A DNA stretch of 60,057 nt, counting the filler. It is 6 parts of 6 records of this genome, joined end to end, with 100 filler letters (N's around TTAATTAATTAA, not from the genome) between each part and the next. Parts side by side here need not be neighbours in the genome. Positions count along the whole stretch, not along the records: positions 7,787 to 19,558 come from SRR31147125_12657; 5 more parts are not named here. The stretch is one strand, 5' to 3'. Positions 9,120 to 18,559 of this stretch are shown here, piece after piece. The first letter of the stretch is position 1, and the number at the start of each line of letters is the position of its first letter. The translations under genes were made by a program, and so were the position numbers. Under the pieces are notes generated by a model. That model made no database searches. It was given only the letters and a program-made list of their open reading frames with translations, and was not told the origin of the DNA.

Positions 9120-10946
9120 ATGGCAAAAATAGGCGAATCAATTTTAGTACAGGGCGCAGGAATTATTAAGTCCGGATTATTACAGACTAGTGATTATCTG
9201 AAAGGGGCTGAACTCCTTGATGCAGTCGGATATAAATCAATTGAAGTCAGCAACTTTTGCGATTTCTCAGGATGCCTTACAAGTTTGGCTGAAAATCCCT
9301 GGGAAAGACTTGGCAAACTTGGCGACAAAGTAAAAAACACACCTTTACTTCTTACTGTCGATGGTCTTTGCTTATTTAGCTCAAAACCACAACCTGATGA
9401 AATCATAAAACTTTTCGTGCAATCCGCTATTGAAGCCGGAATCGATATTTTCAGATTGTACTCTCCATTAAACGACACAAGAAACCTTGAAATCGCAACA
9501 AAAGCAGCGCTGGAAGCTGGCAAAGAGGTTGAAGGTGTTGTTTTCTTAATGGATGCAACAGATACCATAAAAATAGGTACCGCACTAAAGGAACTCGGCT
9601 GTACTTCAATTTGTCTTACAGATAGCATTGGTAGTGCAAGACCGGAATTGATAGCCAAAACAGTCAAACAGCTAAAAGAAGAAACCGGACTGCCGATTAC
9701 GGTATTGATTTCAAACTCTGCCGGTTTGGCAACTCTTTCTTACTATGCGGCAATAAGAACAGGAGCCGATAATATAGAGTGTACTCTTTCGCCCTTCTCT
9801 TCCGCTTTTTCACTACCACCAACAGAAGCTGTTTCCTCTGTATTATCAGGCACTTCACAAGATAGCGGACTTGATGTAAATGCTCTCAATAAAGCCGAAG
9901 AATTCTTTTCTAAAATTACAGCAAATGAATGCAAAGATTCACTCAAGGCAGTAGAAGCCCGCAGCATAAACCTTGGTTTACCTGCCTATTCGATTGCAAA
10001 GCTGGCCAAACAAATCCAGGAAAAAGAACTTAATTCAAAGTTTAATTCAGCTATGGAAGAACTTTCCATAATTCGCAAGGATCTTGGTAATGCAGCACTG
10101 GTATCCCCTCTTCTCGATCCAGCGATTGAACAGGCAATCAAAAACGCTTCTAACGGCAAAAGATACGCAAGCCTTGATTCTGATGTGCAAAACATCGTTT
10201 CCGGGCTCTGGGGAGCAATTCCAGGCACTTTAGCGGATGACTTGAAAAACCTTGATATCGAATACAACACGGATAGAGCCGGAAGCAAGATTGACTTTAA
10301 TCTTGACGAGATGAAATCCAAAAACGAAAAAGCCAAAGATAATGATCTTGTAAGCTTGTCCATGTTCCCGAAACAAGCCGAGGCTTTATTTAACGGTAAA
10401 ACAAAACCAACTGAAAACAAAGATGACAAACCAAAAACAAAAGCATATTCGGTGCATGTTGATGGTGAAGAATACTATGTAGAAATAGAACCGACAAAAG
10501 CCGGAGCAGCAATTAAAAAGGTCAAGAAACCTAAAGCAAAACCTGCACCATCTTTATCAAGACCTGCTCCACAAGGTTCAGCGGTAGCAACACCACCTCC
10601 GGCAACACCAAGACCAGCCGCTCCAACACCAACAATGGCAGCCCCCGCTCCGGCAGCAGCTCCGGCAGCAGCTCCGCAAGCTGCCCCACAAGCACCAGCC
10701 GCTACACCAGCAGAAAGCAGTGATGGCAATGCTGCTTCAACAGTATCGGCTCCAATGCAGGGAACCTTGATAAAAATTATCGCAAATGTGGGTGATACCG
10801 TAAATAAAGGTGATAAAATCGCTGTTCTTGAAGCCATGAAGATGGAAAACGATATACTGGCAACCTCATCAGGTACAATTCAAAAATGGATGGTATCTCA
10901 AGGAGATAATATCCAGGTAGGACAAAATATTGCAGAAATAGGATAA
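9120..10946 (+). CDS. OadA/PycB-like protein: degenerate carboxyltransferase domain plus intact biotinyl domain
   Basis: ENPWERL, GIDIFR..LND.RNL, a Pro/Ala linker and EAMKMEN. The catalytic and metal-binding motifs are substituted. Confidence 0.85.
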   Translation: MAKIGESILVQGAGIIKSGLLQTSDYLKGAELLDAVGYKSIEVSNFCDFSGCLTSLAENPWERLGKLGDKVKNTPLLLTVDGLCLFSSKPQPDEIIKLFVQSAIEAGIDIFRLYSPLNDTRNLEIATKAALEAGKEVEGVVFLMDATDTIKIGTALKELGCTSICLTDSIGSARPELIAKTVKQLKEETGLPITVLISNSAGLATLSYYAAIRTGADNIECTLSPFSSAFSLPPTEAVSSVLSGTSQDSGLDVNALNKAEEFFSKITANECKDSLKAVEARSINLGLPAYSIAKLAKQIQEKELNSKFNSAMEELSIIRKDLGNAALVSPLLDPAIEQAIKNASNGKRYASLDSDVQNIVSGLWGAIPGTLADDLKNLDIEYNTDRAGSKIDFNLDEMKSKNEKAKDNDLVSLSMFPKQAEALFNGKTKPTENKDDKPKTKAYSVHVDGEEYYVEIEPTKAGAAIKKVKKPKAKPAPSLSRPAPQGSAVATPPPATPRPAAPTPTMAAPAPAAAPAAAPQAAPQAPAATPAESSDGNAASTVSAPMQGTLIKIIANVGDTVNKGDKIAVLEAMKMENDILATSSGTIQKWMVSQGDNIQVGQNIAEIG

Positions 10947-10971
10947 CATAGTTAATTCAATAAGTTATATC

Positions 10972-11001
10972 GCCCGACTTTAATTCAGTCGGGCTTTTTT
11001 T
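10972..11001 (+). terminator. Intrinsic terminator
   Basis: GCCCGACT-ttaattc-AGTCGGGC followed by a T tract. Confidence 0.85.
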
Positions 11002-11024
11002 ATTTAGATGATTTCTTAAAAACA

Positions 11025-12152
11025 ATGATCGAAAACAAAACAGAAAAACAGAAATTTGCATCTCCCGTTTATTGGCTTTACGCCCTTAGAGACTCTGTTT
11101 TTGTCTTCGCTCTAATCCAGCTTCTTGGTGCAGTTTCCGATATATTTATCCGAGAAGGCAGATATCTAGCCAGCACCATAAACATTATCTATTGGGTTCT
11201 TTTCGTCCTGCTTGCTTTTGGCTTATATGTAAAAACCAAAGGAAAATTTCAGTACAAACGTAAAATCTGGATAGTCTTATCTCTTGTATTTATGCACGCG
11301 ATACTGGTGCTGTATATTGCCGATACAAATATTAATCTTGATAGAACTTACAGCGAAAAATACGATCTTTGGCTACCATTAACAAATGATACCAAAATGC
11401 ACAAAAGAGCTGACAGGCAATATCTTGTTACAACAAATGAGCTTGGCTTAAGAATCCCCAAAAACTTGCAAGTAACTGATTACTCTATAAAAATTGCCTT
11501 TATTGGTGATTCATTTTTCTTTGGTTCCGGAGTCAATAACGAGTTTACCATCGACAGGCAAATGGCAAAAAACTTTCCAAGTCTAAACAACAAACCAATA
11601 TCATACATAAATGCGGCACAACCGGGATATTCTCTTTTTTCCTATGTCAGGGTCGCTAAGTTTATTCAAGATAGCTACAAATCCGATTTGTTCATTATTC
11701 ACCTGAAAAACGATGATTTATATAAAAACGATATTAATGACAGATTATCAAACTTCGTTAATAGCTGGTTTTACAAGTGGATGACGATTACCGGACTGGA
11801 AATTTCTCATGAGATTTTGAAACAGATTTTTCGGGAAGCAAAAGTCAGACCGTTTTCCGAAAATGCTATTGTCGATGAATTGAATTTACTGATCGAATCT
11901 TTCCCTGATTCCCAATTTTTGTTCGTAACAAACCTTCCTGAGAATGCAAAAGAGGCATTCAAAAACTGGATTTCAGATAAGCCGAAAATCGGCTGGGTTT
12001 GCGGATCGAAAAAGTTGGACTGGTCAAGTATAGACTCAATCCCGAATGATGGACATTGGACAGAAAAAGGGATCGAGACTGTAGGTTTGCAGCTAAAAGA
12101 TCCAATAATTTCAGTGCTGAATGAAAGTGTCCAAGCCTTCCAATGCAGATAA
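11025..12152 (+). CDS. Membrane-anchored SGNH/GDSL-like hydrolase
   Basis: Three N-terminal TM segments, TNELGLR, IGDSFFFG, NAAQPGYS and DGHW. Confidence 0.7.
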   Translation: MIENKTEKQKFASPVYWLYALRDSVFVFALIQLLGAVSDIFIREGRYLASTINIIYWVLFVLLAFGLYVKTKGKFQYKRKIWIVLSLVFMHAILVLYIADTNINLDRTYSEKYDLWLPLTNDTKMHKRADRQYLVTTNELGLRIPKNLQVTDYSIKIAFIGDSFFFGSGVNNEFTIDRQMAKNFPSLNNKPISYINAAQPGYSLFSYVRVAKFIQDSYKSDLFIIHLKNDDLYKNDINDRLSNFVNSWFYKWMTITGLEISHEILKQIFREAKVRPFSENAIVDELNLLIESFPDSQFLFVTNLPENAKEAFKNWISDKPKIGWVCGSKKLDWSSIDSIPNDGHWTEKGIETVGLQLKDPIISVLNESVQAFQCR

Positions 12153-12209
12153 AGTAACGCTTTAACAGCGCACCATAAATATTTGTTTTTATTGCTTTTT
12201 AGATTAAAT

Positions 12210-13201
12210 TCACTTTGGAGATTCGATTTTAAAATCGGCAAGTTCAGGAACTTTTTCCTTGAAATACTTTTTCAGTTTTTTCACAAGTCGCTCTTCGATC
12301 TGCCTGATTCTTTCTCTCGAAACGCTGTATCTTTCACCGATTTTATTTAGTGTTTCGGGGCTTTCAGCAAGCAGACGATTTTCAAAAATGTAGAGTTCCT
12401 TATCGTTGATATTCTCCTTAAATTCTTTTAGCTTTTTGGAGAACAACTGACGAATCTCGATGTCCGCTATATGGTCATCGATCTCCTGATTTTTATCCGC
12501 CAGAAAATCAATATGAGTCTCGCCGGATTCTTCACCAACAGGCTGATCGAGAGAAAAATCGCTTCCCGACATTCTCTGTTCCATCTCAACTACCAGTTCA
12601 GGTTTGACATTGAGATTTTCGGCAATAGTCTCGGCAGATGGCTCATAACCCAAAAGAGCATACTTTTCTTTTTGCTTTTTAAGGTTAAAGAAAAGTTTTC
12701 GCTGATCCTGTGTGGTACCTATTTTTACCAGCGACCAGTTATCAATGATGAACTTAAGGATATATGCTTTAATCCAGAATGACGAATACGAGGACAGCTT
12801 GACTCCTCGGTAAGGATCATAACGCTTTACGGCCTGCATAAGTCCGACATTGCCTTCCTGAACCAAATCGAGCAGATTCATCCAGTATTTATGGTAATCC
12901 ATAGCGATTTTTACAACAAACCTAAGGTTTGAGGTGACCATCTTCTGAGCGGCTTTCAAATCGCCATCTTCTTTATATTTAATCGCCAGTTCTTTTTCTT
13001 CGTCGCCTTTTAAAAGGTCATATCTTCTTATCTCGGCCTGATACTGCTTGAATGGATCGAGACGAGCAACACTGGTACCTGTTCCGGCTGCTTTTACAAG
13101 CCCGGTTCCTTTTGAAGACTTACCTGAAGATTTTGTTTCTTTTTTGGTAATTACTTCAGGTTTGACCTTTTTTGCTTTTGTTTTGCTGCTTTTTTTGCCA
13201 T
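12210..13201 (-). CDS. rpoH: RNA polymerase sigma factor, RpoH (sigma32) family, with an apparent 1-nt indel in the A7 run just after ATG 13201
   Basis: SNLRFVVKIA, DLVQEGNVGLM, RpoH box QRKLFFNL and SRERIRQIE. Region 1.2 (DPFKQYQAEIRRYDLL) lies upstream of the listed TTG in the same frame. Confidence 0.9.
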
Positions 13202-13314
13202 TTTCAGTTCTTAGCCGTTATTAAGTTGCACTATTATAGCATATAAAATCGACAATAGAGTTACTTTTCCGTGTGTAAATTAGATATTTATTACTAAATG
13301 TCAACCAGATAATT

Positions 13315-14259
13315 CTAGCCTTTTAGCAATAATGCTTTATGAAGGATTTCAAACTCGCAAGGAAGACGTCCCGGTTGTTCTCCATCCATATCGATCAAGA
13401 CATTATCATCAGATTCGGCGATAATCTTTTTACCTCGCACAAGCCGCACTTTATCGCCATCTAAATGTGAGCCGCTATAAACTCTGCTGCCCTGCGATAC
13501 CAGTTCCCACTTACTGAGATCGCCCATAATAACGACATCAAACAAGCCGTCATCGATTTCGGCATCAGGAGCCATCATCATTCCACCGCCGAAGAAACGC
13601 CCATTGGCAATCGAAACGATATTGATCTTCAATTTTTCGTCAAATTCATCATCGACTCTAAGACGAATAGTCTGATTTTTATATAGTAATAGCCCTTTAA
13701 GCGATCCAATAAGAAAACTTAGCTTTCCACCTAAAGCCTTTGAGCTAGTATTTACAAAGTGATCGACCAGCCCGGACATGCCGAAGCTGGTTATGTTTAT
13801 GAAATACGAGCTTTGCTTGTTTCCATTATGATCGTGATAAGTGAAATGACCGATATCGATTGGTTTGATTTTGTCGTTTTTGAGTCTTTCTATCGACTCA
13901 TCAAGCTCGGTTCCCCAGCCGAAAGTCTTGCGGAAATCTCCACCTGTTCCGCGACAAATAAACCCAAATGCGCAATCAGGATTAAGATGCTTGCCATCCT
14001 CGAAAAAACCGTTCAAAACTTCGTTGTTTGTGCCATCTCCACCAACTCCGACGATCATTTCATAACCATCTTTGATGGCTTTTCGAGTCAGTTTGATAGC
14101 TTCTTTCGGCTTTTTGGTAAACTCCCAATCGAATTCCCCAATTCCGGCCCTAATCTTTTCTTCCATCTCAGGCCACAATTTACGAGTTGATCCATTCGCT
14201 GAATTTGGATTTACTACAATGAAAGTCTTTCTATCGATGGGCATGTTTGAAGTTTCCAA
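13315..14259 (-). CDS. Diacylglycerol/lipid kinase (YegS/DAGK family)
   Basis: VNPNS, GGDGTNNEVLNG, GTGGDF, NGRFFGGG and DGE. Confidence 0.9.
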   Translation of the reverse strand: METSNMPIDRKTFIVVNPNSANGSTRKLWPEMEEKIRAGIGEFDWEFTKKPKEAIKLTRKAIKDGYEMIVGVGGDGTNNEVLNGFFEDGKHLNPDCAFGFICRGTGGDFRKTFGWGTELDESIERLKNDKIKPIDIGHFTYHDHNGNKQSSYFINITSFGMSGLVDHFVNTSSKALGGKLSFLIGSLKGLLLYKNQTIRLRVDDEFDEKLKINIVSIANGRFFGGGMMMAPDAEIDDGLFDVVIMGDLSKWELVSQGSRVYSGSHLDGDKVRLVRGKKIIAESDDNVLIDMDGEQPGRLPCEFEILHKALLLKG

Positions 14260-14271
14260 AAAAGGTTTAAT

Positions 14272-15387
14272 TTATTTGAGACACTTATCTATCATACTGA
14301 TAATACTGGTGATTTTCACATCACTATCACTATTTGCCTGAGTAAAAGCTTCAGTGCATGAACTGCAAGCCGTCACAAGCATTTCGGCGTTAACATCCTC
14401 GGCGTGGCTAATGCGTTCCCTTGCAATTTCGCAAGATTTCTCTTTATTGATAAACGGATATGATCCCGTATTCCCGCAACAATAAGAACTAGATCCATTC
14501 CACACCATCTCAACTGGCTTTTCAACCGTAATTTTCGCCAAAAGCTCCCTTGGATAATTGGTATTTCCCAAAAATCTGCCAAGATAGCAAGGATCGTGAT
14601 AAGTGACTTGCGCATCTTCCTTGTTATCGAAATCTGTATTTTTGAGATATGGTTCCAAAAATTCGAGCAGATGTTTCACTTTCCTGCCGAGTTTGAATCC
14701 ATGTTCAAGATAGATCGCTTTTAATGTATAAGCAGTTTCTGCAGAAGTAGTCACAATCAACTTGTAATCCATCAGATTATGAGCCAAACGTCTGGCATGA
14801 TCCGCGAATTCCTTAGTAAACCCGGCACGATAGAGAGACAGTCCAGCGTCATGAATCGGGCCACTATGACATGAAATAAAGTCGATATTAAGCTTATCGA
14901 AGACTGAAAAAGCATCTATGATTTCTTCAGGACATGTGTTTATCGCCTCGATTCCAGGGAAAAACACCGCCTGAGCATTTTCGACAAAGAGAGTTTTATC
15001 GAGAATGTTCATAAGCTTTTCATTGGCATCTATTCCGTATGCATTACCGTATTCGAGCATGTTGGTCTTGAGAGTCTCAAGTCCATCGTTCATGATCCCG
15101 GCTTCAATGCAATCGGCACGAGCAGCAGTAAGCACTTCGCCAACTTCTATTTCATGCTTGCAAAACATTGTGCAAAGCCTGCAACCCAAACAATGCTGGA
15201 ACGGCTCGGAAGTTTCTACCGTTAAATCTACGTACCCTTTCCTGATAAGGTTGGCTAAAGTCATTTTAGCCCAGGGCGTTACGGATTCGCTGTTTTCAGC
15301 ACTCGAAACAGGACATGTGAAACTGCACAATTTGGGACAATACGTACAATAATCGAGTTCACGAATGTATTTGCTTAAGCGTGTCAT
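14272..15387 (-). CDS. Fe-S protein with CCG domain (GlcF/GlpC/HdrD-like)
   Basis: CTYCPKLCSFTCP, CLGCRLC..FC, YHDPCYLGR, CCG and TACSSC. Confidence 0.88.
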   Translation of the reverse strand: MTRLSKYIRELDYCTYCPKLCSFTCPVSSAENSESVTPWAKMTLANLIRKGYVDLTVETSEPFQHCLGCRLCTMFCKHEIEVGEVLTAARADCIEAGIMNDGLETLKTNMLEYGNAYGIDANEKLMNILDKTLFVENAQAVFFPGIEAINTCPEEIIDAFSVFDKLNIDFISCHSGPIHDAGLSLYRAGFTKEFADHARRLAHNLMDYKLIVTTSAETAYTLKAIYLEHGFKLGRKVKHLLEFLEPYLKNTDFDNKEDAQVTYHDPCYLGRFLGNTNYPRELLAKITVEKPVEMVWNGSSSYCCGNTGSYPFINKEKSCEIARERISHAEDVNAEMLVTACSSCTEAFTQANSDSDVKITSIISMIDKCLK

Positions 15388-16400
15388 CGCTTTGTGAAAT
15401 ACCTTTCAGATAGAGTGTCGAGCCAAGGCTCGGTAATTCCAGGAACAACTATGGATCTTTTCAACTTCACATCGATAATTCTGCAATTATTTTCACTAGT
15501 TATGTCTAAAAGCTCTTCCAGTTCCTTACGAAGCAGCATATCGTCTCCTTCGTCTTTTTTAGACAGTAATCTCAAGGACAAAAGAGCCGCAGTATGCCAA
15601 GTATTTGTTACTGTTAACTGATAAGGACAAACAGAACCGATTCTTTTTGAAATTTCAGCAACCAGTTTTGTTATATCACTGAAATTACTGATAAAATGAA
15701 TTTCTGCTTGTTCGTCTGTATCTTTTGGTTTTTCTAAAAAATGTGGTGCGGTAGTTCCGAATTGAAGTTGATCCGAAGGAATGGAAACAGCTCCGATTTT
15801 GGAAAGCTTTTCCTCGAAGTGACCTGCTCTGAAGCGCACTTTTTCCTGCTCGCCTTCATATACATAAAGGATGGCCACACTACCTTCATCAGTCCCGAAA
15901 AACAGATTGGAGCTATGTTCATCGTAGACTCTGATAACTTCCGGTCTGTTCTTCATCTGAACTTCGGTCTGTATGGCTTCAATAGCTTTTTCAAGCGTCA
16001 ATCCAACTACCAAATCAGTAGTAGAAGCATTCGGAGCTTCTCTGACTCTCAACGTAAGCTCTTGAATTTCAAGGCTTTTTTCACGATTACCAGAAAGAAG
16101 ATATCTAAGATTTGGTCCTGCTGCCGAACGAGGAGTAAGAAAAGTGTTTGCTATTTTCCCATTTTCAAGCTTTACGCCAATCGACGCTACCAAATCGTGA
16201 AGATCACCGAATTTCAAAAACGGCTCAAGTGCCATATTGCCGGAAAAATATTCAGAAATCGGTTTTTTTGTATCATTTCCACAATAACCGATACTGACAC
16301 CTTCCTGATTCAGAGCATTTTCAATATCACCAGGAGAAGCACTGCCATCCACAGTGACAAGCATCGAAAAACGATCCAGTTTTAAATTTATTTCCGCCAT
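15384..16400 (-). CDS. Divergent FAD-binding oxidoreductase subunit (GlcE-like)
   Basis: KFGDLHDLV, PRSAAGPNLR and ELTLRV. Translationally coupled to both neighbours. Confidence 0.7.
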   Translation of the reverse strand: MAEINLKLDRFSMLVTVDGSASPGDIENALNQEGVSIGYCGNDTKKPISEYFSGNMALEPFLKFGDLHDLVASIGVKLENGKIANTFLTPRSAAGPNLRYLLSGNREKSLEIQELTLRVREAPNASTTDLVVGLTLEKAIEAIQTEVQMKNRPEVIRVYDEHSSNLFFGTDEGSVAILYVYEGEQEKVRFRAGHFEEKLSKIGAVSIPSDQLQFGTTAPHFLEKPKDTDEQAEIHFISNFSDITKLVAEISKRIGSVCPYQLTVTNTWHTAALLSLRLLSKKDEGDDMLLRKELEELLDITSENNCRIIDVKLKRSIVVPGITEPWLDTLSERYFTKR

Positions 16401-17995
16401 TATAATTGCTCACCAAGCTTGCCTGGGTTCATGATTGAATCGGGGTCGAGTGTGGATTTCACTTTTCCAAGCAAAGGCCACAAATCGCCGAATTCCTTGT
16501 GCATCATATGACCTTTGCTAAGACCAACACCATGATGATGAGTAATTGTGCCCGCATGCTTATGAACAGCATCAAGGGCAACATCCCAAACTTTTGCGTG
16601 TGTTTGTTCCATTTGTCTGTCGTTTTTCGATGATGAAGCAAAGGAAAAGTATATGCAGCATCCATCACGATATGCATGAGAGAAATGCGCCATGATAAAT
16701 GCGTATGGAGCAACAGCCGTTTTGACAGCTTCATATAAAGCCAGCATATCCTTCCAGTTTGTTGCAACTTCCATAGTGTCAACCCAGCCACCTGAATCGA
16801 AAATTCCGGATTGTTTGTAGGAAATGGAATATCTGTGTTTCAGCCAATATCTGGCAGGCTTTTCACCTGAACTTTTGCCGTTACAACTGATACAAATCTT
16901 TTCTATTTGCTCATGCTCGAAGCGTGCTATTTCTTCATCGCCTTCGGTAATCAACACGAGCAAACAATGCCCCGGAAGCTTCCCAATTGCAGCATTGACA
17001 AGCTTTGGTTGTGCTAAAACTCTTTTAAGCGATTTCTTCTTAAGCAATCCAACCGCTTCTTTTAGAGTGGCTTGCAATAGAGGAGTATCGTCATCTATCG
17101 TAACTTCCGGTTCCTCTGCTACATCACCATGAGTTCCAGCTACAAGCGAGTCGAATTCATCATATAAACGCATACAGGATGGTTCCAGACCGGCCTGCAT
17201 TATTTGTCTCATGGCGTTAAGTCCATCAGAAGTATTATCCATATGATATGACTGATAAAATCGTTTTTGGGGAGCAGGATGCAATCTTACCCAAGCCTTA
17301 GAAATCACTCCGAAAGTTCCTTCCGAACCAATTATGACCTGATTCCAGTCGATGCTTGATGTTCCTAGCGGATATTGCTTCGTTGTAACGACACTTCCAT
17401 CAGGAAATACCACTTCGAGTCCGACTACAATATCCTCGATTTTACCGTAGCGACTGGACATTTGTCCTGCTGATCTTGCAGCCAGATATCCACCTAAAGT
17501 TGAGCAATATATCGAAGAAGGAAAGTGTCCCATCGTGTAGCCACGAGGATTCAGTTTCCTTTCCAATGTCTCGCCATATATTCCCGGTTCAATCTCGGCA
17601 ATCAAAGATTCCTCATCGATGTCGATAATGGAATTCATCCGTTTGACATCGAGGATGATACCGCCTTTTAGAGGCAAAGTACCGGCACAAACTCCGGAGC
17701 CAGCACCAAAAGGCACTACTGCCACCCTGTTTGTATTTGCCCACTTCAAAATCTCGGAAATCTCTAGGGAGGTACGGGGATAGATAATAATATCGGGGAC
17801 ATACGGAATATGTCCCCGTTTAGTCCACATGACCGTTCTTGGCCACATATCTCTTGAATAAAGCAGTCTTTCAGGAGAATTGGTCGACACGTGTTCTGTG
17901 CCAACTATTTCAGTCAGCTCATTTACTTGCGTGTCAGTTAATTTTACCTGAGGCAGAGAGCTATTACTAGCAACATTCACAACATTCGCTCCCAA
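16400..17995 (-). CDS. FAD-binding oxidoreductase, alkyldihydroxyacetonephosphate synthase (AGPS)-like
   Basis: PFGAGSGV, GHFPSS..STLGG..A.RSAGQ.S.RYGKIED, GSEGTFG, RLYDE, DTMEVA, HFSHAY.DG.C.YF, THHHGVG and MNPGKL. Confidence 0.85.
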   Translation of the reverse strand: MGANVVNVASNSSLPQVKLTDTQVNELTEIVGTEHVSTNSPERLLYSRDMWPRTVMWTKRGHIPYVPDIIIYPRTSLEISEILKWANTNRVAVVPFGAGSGVCAGTLPLKGGIILDVKRMNSIIDIDEESLIAEIEPGIYGETLERKLNPRGYTMGHFPSSIYCSTLGGYLAARSAGQMSSRYGKIEDIVVGLEVVFPDGSVVTTKQYPLGTSSIDWNQVIIGSEGTFGVISKAWVRLHPAPQKRFYQSYHMDNTSDGLNAMRQIMQAGLEPSCMRLYDEFDSLVAGTHGDVAEEPEVTIDDDTPLLQATLKEAVGLLKKKSLKRVLAQPKLVNAAIGKLPGHCLLVLITEGDEEIARFEHEQIEKICISCNGKSSGEKPARYWLKHRYSISYKQSGIFDSGGWVDTMEVATNWKDMLALYEAVKTAVAPYAFIMAHFSHAYRDGCCIYFSFASSSKNDRQMEQTHAKVWDVALDAVHKHAGTITHHHGVGLSKGHMMHKEFGDLWPLLGKVKSTLDPDSIMNPGKLGEQL

Positions 17996-18007
17996 TGCCA
18001 GATATAT

Positions 18008-18496
18008 TTATTTTGCCAATTGATCGACAGCTTCCCTAATAGCCTTTATCAGGTTGCCACTGGCCTCATGAGTTACACGTTTTACCACTTTTTTATCTTC
18101 AGTGGCAAGCAAACTTAGCGAGATAATGTATGAATCCCCAACTTTTCCAATGCTTCCATTCAAAATGTATGGAGTATCGAGAACTTTACCCAACTTTTGC
18201 AAGCATGCATCATCATCGCAGTTGCCGAGCATCGCTGTTTGCTGTGTTGCATTCAGGATAGCTCTTACGTCTGATGAACAAAGCACTTGATGTTTTTTGT
18301 GCTTCATCAATCTTGTGCAGAGAACTTCGGTAAGAGTTGCTGCTGTATCTGCATCAACACCTTTACCACCAAGCTGCTTAACTGCAACTTTTGGAACTGC
18401 TTTGGCTTTTTTATCCGCAGCAAATGCTGAAACTGAAAAAGACAGAATAATTACCAAAACGATTAGAAAAATTGTTTTCTTGGAAATGCGCCTCAT
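18008..18496 (-). CDS. Secreted hypothetical protein (TolB_N/CsgG-like fold suspected)
   Basis: Signal peptide AFA and C.DDACL..LG..L....ILNGSIGKVG. Confidence 0.65.
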   Translation of the reverse strand: MRRISKKTIFLIVLVIILSFSVSAFAADKKAKAVPKVAVKQLGGKGVDADTAATLTEVLCTRLMKHKKHQVLCSSDVRAILNATQQTAMLGNCDDDACLQKLGKVLDTPYILNGSIGKVGDSYIISLSLLATEDKKVVKRVTHEASGNLIKAIREAVDQLAK

Positions 18497-18559
18497 AACT
18501 AAAAACTCCTTCCACTTGTTCGCTCCATTTATTACAAAGAGCGTAAATTTTCATAGTAA

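Noticed and set aside
10540-10720. GCAGCTCCG-type tandem repeats
   Set aside because: They encode the ordinary Pro/Ala linker before a biotinyl domain.
12960-13201. N-terminally truncated sigma factor starting at TTG 12959
   Set aside because: Region 1.2 is encoded upstream in frame, and ATG 13201 joins it if the A7 run is A8.
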